Source of the DNA: Eledone cirrhosa
Lineage: Eukaryota
DNA: 64,000 bases
Assembly: GCA_964016885.1 (NCBI GenBank)
Contig: OZ024740.1
Span: forward strand, 23,622,001 to 23,686,000
Direction: 5' to 3'
Both the position numbers and the translations under genes were made by a program. Of this stretch, positions 60,066-64,000 are shown in pieces; positions within the stretch are counted from its first letter, which is position 1; each line of letters opens with the position of its first letter. The notes below the pieces were generated by a model that saw only the letters and a list, made by a program, of their open reading frames with translations, was not told where the DNA came from and searched no databases.

Positions 60066-63000
60066 GCTGAGTCAGTCAACAGACCAACTAGTAGTTACAA
60101 CAACATGGCTGACATATATAGCTTGTGTAGCTATAGAAGGTAGCTGAGTCAGCCAACAGACCAACTGGTAGTTACAACAACATGGCTGACATATATATCT
60201 GGTGTAGCTAGAGAAGGAAGCTGAGTCAGTCAACAGACCAAATAGCAGTTACAACAACATGGCTGACATATATAGCTTGAGCAGCTAGAGAAGGAAGCTG
60301 AGTCAACCAACAGACCAACTGGTAGTTACAACAACATGGCTGACATATATAGCTTGTGTAGCTAGAGAAGGTAGCTGAGTCAGTCAACAGACCAACTGGT
60401 AGTTACAACAACATGGCTGACATATATAGCTTATGTAGCTAGAGAAGGTAGCTGAGTCAGTCAACAGACCAACTGGTAGTTACAACAACATGGCTGACAT
60501 ATATATAGCTTGTGTAGCTAGAGAAGGAAGCTGAGTCAACCAACAGACCATCTGGTAGTTACAACAACTTGGCTGACATATATAGTTTGTGTAGCTAGAG
60601 AAGGAAGCTGAGTCAGTCAACAGATCTACTGGTAGTTACAACAACATGGCTGACATATATAGCTTGTGTAGCTAGAGAAGGTAGCTGAGTCAACCAACAG
60701 ACCAACTGGTACTTACAACAACATGGCTGACATATATATATCATGTGTAGCTAGAGAAGGAAGCTGAGTCAACCAACAGACCAAATGGTACTTCCAACAA
60801 CATGGCTGACATATATAGCTTGTGTAGCTAGAGAAGGAAGCTGAGTCAGTCAACAGACCAACTAGTAGTTACAACAACATGGCTGACATATATAGCTTGT
60901 GTAGCTAGAGAAGGAAGCTGATTCAACCAACAGACCAACTGGTAGTTACAACAACTTGGCTGACATATATAGCTTGTGTAGCTAGAGAAGGAAGCTGATT
61001 CAACCAACAGACCAACTTGTAGTTACAACAACATGGCTGACATATATAGCTTGTGTAGCTAGAGAAGGAAGCTGAGTCAACCAACAGACCTACTGGTAGT
61101 TACAACAACATGGCTGACATATACATTTGTGTGGCTAGAGAAGGAAGCTGAGTCAACCAACAGACCAACTGGTACTTACAACAACATGGCTGACGTATAT
61201 AGCTTGTATAGCTAGCGAAGGAAGCTGAGTCAGTCAACAGACCAACTGGTAGTTACAACAACATGGCTGACATATATAGCTTGTGTAGCTAGAGAAGGAA
61301 GCTGAGTCAACCAACAGACCAACTGGTTCTTACAACAACATGGCTGACATATATATATCATGTGTAGATAGAGAAGGAACCTGAGTCAGTCAACAGAACA
61401 ACTGGTACTTCCAACAACATGGCTGACATATATAGCTTGTGAAGCTAGAAAAGGAAGCTGAGTCAGTTAACAGACCAACTAGTAGTTACAACATGGCTGA
61501 CATATATAGCTTGTGTAGCTAGAGAAGGTAACTGAGTCAGTCAACAGACCTACTGGTAGTTACAACAACATGGCTGACATATATAGCTTGTGTAGCTAGA
61601 GAAGGAAGCTGAGTCCACCAGCAGACAAACTGGTAGTTACAACAACATGGCTGACATATATAGCTTGTGTAGCTAGAGAAGGAAGCTGAGTCAATCAACA
61701 GAACAACTGGTACTTACAACAACATGGCTGACATATATAGCTTTTGTAGCTAGATAAGGAAGCTGAATGAACCAACAGATCTACTGGTAGTTACAACAAC
61801 ATGGCTGACATATATAGCTTGTGCAGCTAGAGAAGGAAGCTGAGTCAGTCAACAGACCAACTAGTAGTTACAACTACATGGCTGACATATATATAGCTTG
61901 TGTAGCTATAGAAGGAAGCTGAGTCAGTCAACAGACCAACTAGTAGTTACAACAACATGGCTGACATATATAGCTTGTGTAGCTAGGGAAGGAAGCTGAG
62001 TCAACCAACAGACCAACTGGTAGTTAAAACAACATGGTTGATATGTATAGCTTCTGTAGCTAGAGAAGGAAGCTGAGTCAGTCAACAGACCAACTAGCAA
62101 TTACAACAACATGGCTGACATATATAGCTTGTGTAGCTACAGAAGGAAACTGAGTCAGTCAACAGACCAACTGGTAGTTGCAACAACACGGCTGAAATAT
62201 ATAGCTTGTGTAGCTAGAGAAGGAAGCTGAGTCAGTCAACAGACCATCTAGTAGTTACAACAACATGGCTGACATATATAGCTTGTGTAGCTAGAGAAGG
62301 AAGCTGAGTCAGTCAACAGACCAACTAGTAGTTACAACAACATAGCTGACATATATAGCTTGTGTAGCTAGAGAAGGAAACAGAGTCAGTCACCAGACCA
62401 ACTGGTAGTTACAACAACATGGCTGACATATATAGCTTGTGTAGCTAGAGAAGGAAGCTGAGTCAACCAACAGACCAACTGTTAATTACAGCAACATGGC
62501 TGACATATATATTATATTTGTGTAGCTAGAGAATGAAGCAGAGTCAACCAACAGACCATCTGGTTGTTACAACAACTTGGCTGACATATATAGTTTGTAT
62601 AGCTAGAGAAGGAAGCTGAGTCAGTCAACAAATCTACTGGTAGTTACAACAACATGGCTGACATATATAGCTTGTGTAGCTAGAGAAGGAAGCTGAGTCA
62701 ACCAACAGACCAACTGGTACTTACAACAACATGGCTGACATATATATATCATGTGTAGCTAGAGAAGGAAGCTGAGTCAGTCAACAGACCAACTGGTACT
62801 TCCAACAACATGGCTGACATATATAGCTTGTGTAGCTAGAGAAGGAAGCTGAGTCAGTCAACAGACCAACTAGTAGTTACAACAACATGGCTGACATATA
62901 TAGCTTGTGTAGCTAGAGAAGGAAGCTGAGTCAACCAAAATACCAACTGGTACTTACAACAACATGGCTGACATATATATATCATGTGTAGCCTGAGAAG

Positions 63001-64000
63001 GAAGCTGAGTCAGTCGACAGACCAACTGGTACTTCCAACAACATGGCTGACATATATAGCTTGTGTAGCTAGAGAAGGAAGCTGACTAAGTCAACAGACC
63101 AACTAGTAGTTACAGCAACATGGCTGACATATATAGCTTGTGTAGCTAGAGAAGGAAGCTGAATGAACCGACAGATCTACTGGTAGTTACAACAACATGG
63201 CTGACATATATAGCTTGTGTAGCTAGAGAAGGAAGCTGAGTCAGTCAACAGACCAACTAGTAGTTACAACCACATGGCTGACATATAAAGCTTGTGTAGC
63301 TAGAGAAGGAAGCTGAATGAACCGACAGATCTACTGGTAGTTACAACAACATGGCTGACATGTATAGCTTGTGTAGCTAGAGAAGGAAGCTGAGTCAGTC
63401 AACAGACCAACTAGTAGTTACAACTACATGGCTGACATATATATAGCTTGTGTAGCTAGAGAAGGAAGCTGAGTCAACTAACAGACCAACTAGTAGTTAC
63501 ATCAACATGGCTGACATATATAGCTTGTGTAGTTAGAGAAGGAAGCTGAGTCAGTCAACAGACCAACTAGTAGTTACAACAACATGACTGACATATATAG
63601 CTTGTGTAGCTAGAGAAGGAAGATGAGTCAGTTAACAGAACAACTAGTAGTTACAACAACATGGCTGACATATATAGCTTGTGTAGCTAGAGAAGGAAGC
63701 TGAGTCACCCAACAGACCTACTGGTAATTACAACAACGTGGCTGACATATATAGCTTGTGTAGCTAGAGAAGGAAGCTGAGTCAACCAACAGACCAACTA
63801 GTAGTTACAACAACATGGCTGACATATATAGTTTGTGTAGCTAGAGAAGGAAGCTGAGTCAACCAACAGACCAACTAGTAGTTACAACAACATAGCTGAC
63901 ATATATATCTTGAGCAGCTAGAGTAGGAAGCTGAGTCAGTCAACAGACCAACTGGTAGTTACAACAACATGGCTGACATATATAGCTTGTGAGGCTAGAG
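60066..64000. repeat. 77-bp tandem satellite, about 51 copies; runs off the right edge
   Basis: Consensus gctgagtcagtcaacagaccaactagtagttacaacaacatggctgacatatatagcttgtgtagctagagaaggaa; first two units start at 60066 and 60143. Confidence 0.97.

Noticed and set aside
60066-64000. CRISPR-like array or tandem-ribozyme satellite
   Set aside because: No unique spacers, and no CUGAnGA/GAAA core on either strand.

Overview
AT-rich, microsatellite-saturated animal DNA with no recognisable host gene. The (TA)n/(CA)n density and SINE types suggest a cephalopod such as Octopus (inference). Bases 1-23.5 kb are a triplet-register 18/21-bp satellite with higher-order repeats; its huge ORFs are compositional artefacts. 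Bases 23.5-60 kb are a dense transposon region. It holds a near-full-length Penelope-like element (PLE; RT plus C-terminal GIY-YIG) joined head-to-head to an internally deleted inverted copy, a second PLE fragment, and about a dozen minimal type-I hammerhead ribozyme (HHR) motifs from several families, often in fold-back elements beside (TA)n tracts. It also holds two tRNA-derived SINE families, non-autonomous Helitrons with CTAG|TC junctions, an Hsmar2-like mariner relic, R4/CRE-type LINE relics and a 4.8-kb AAC/ACC low-complexity tract. The window ends in a 77-bp tandem satellite. The most notable signal is the set of PLE, HHR and fold-back elements associated with (TA)n. All calls are from manual reading; no searches were run.
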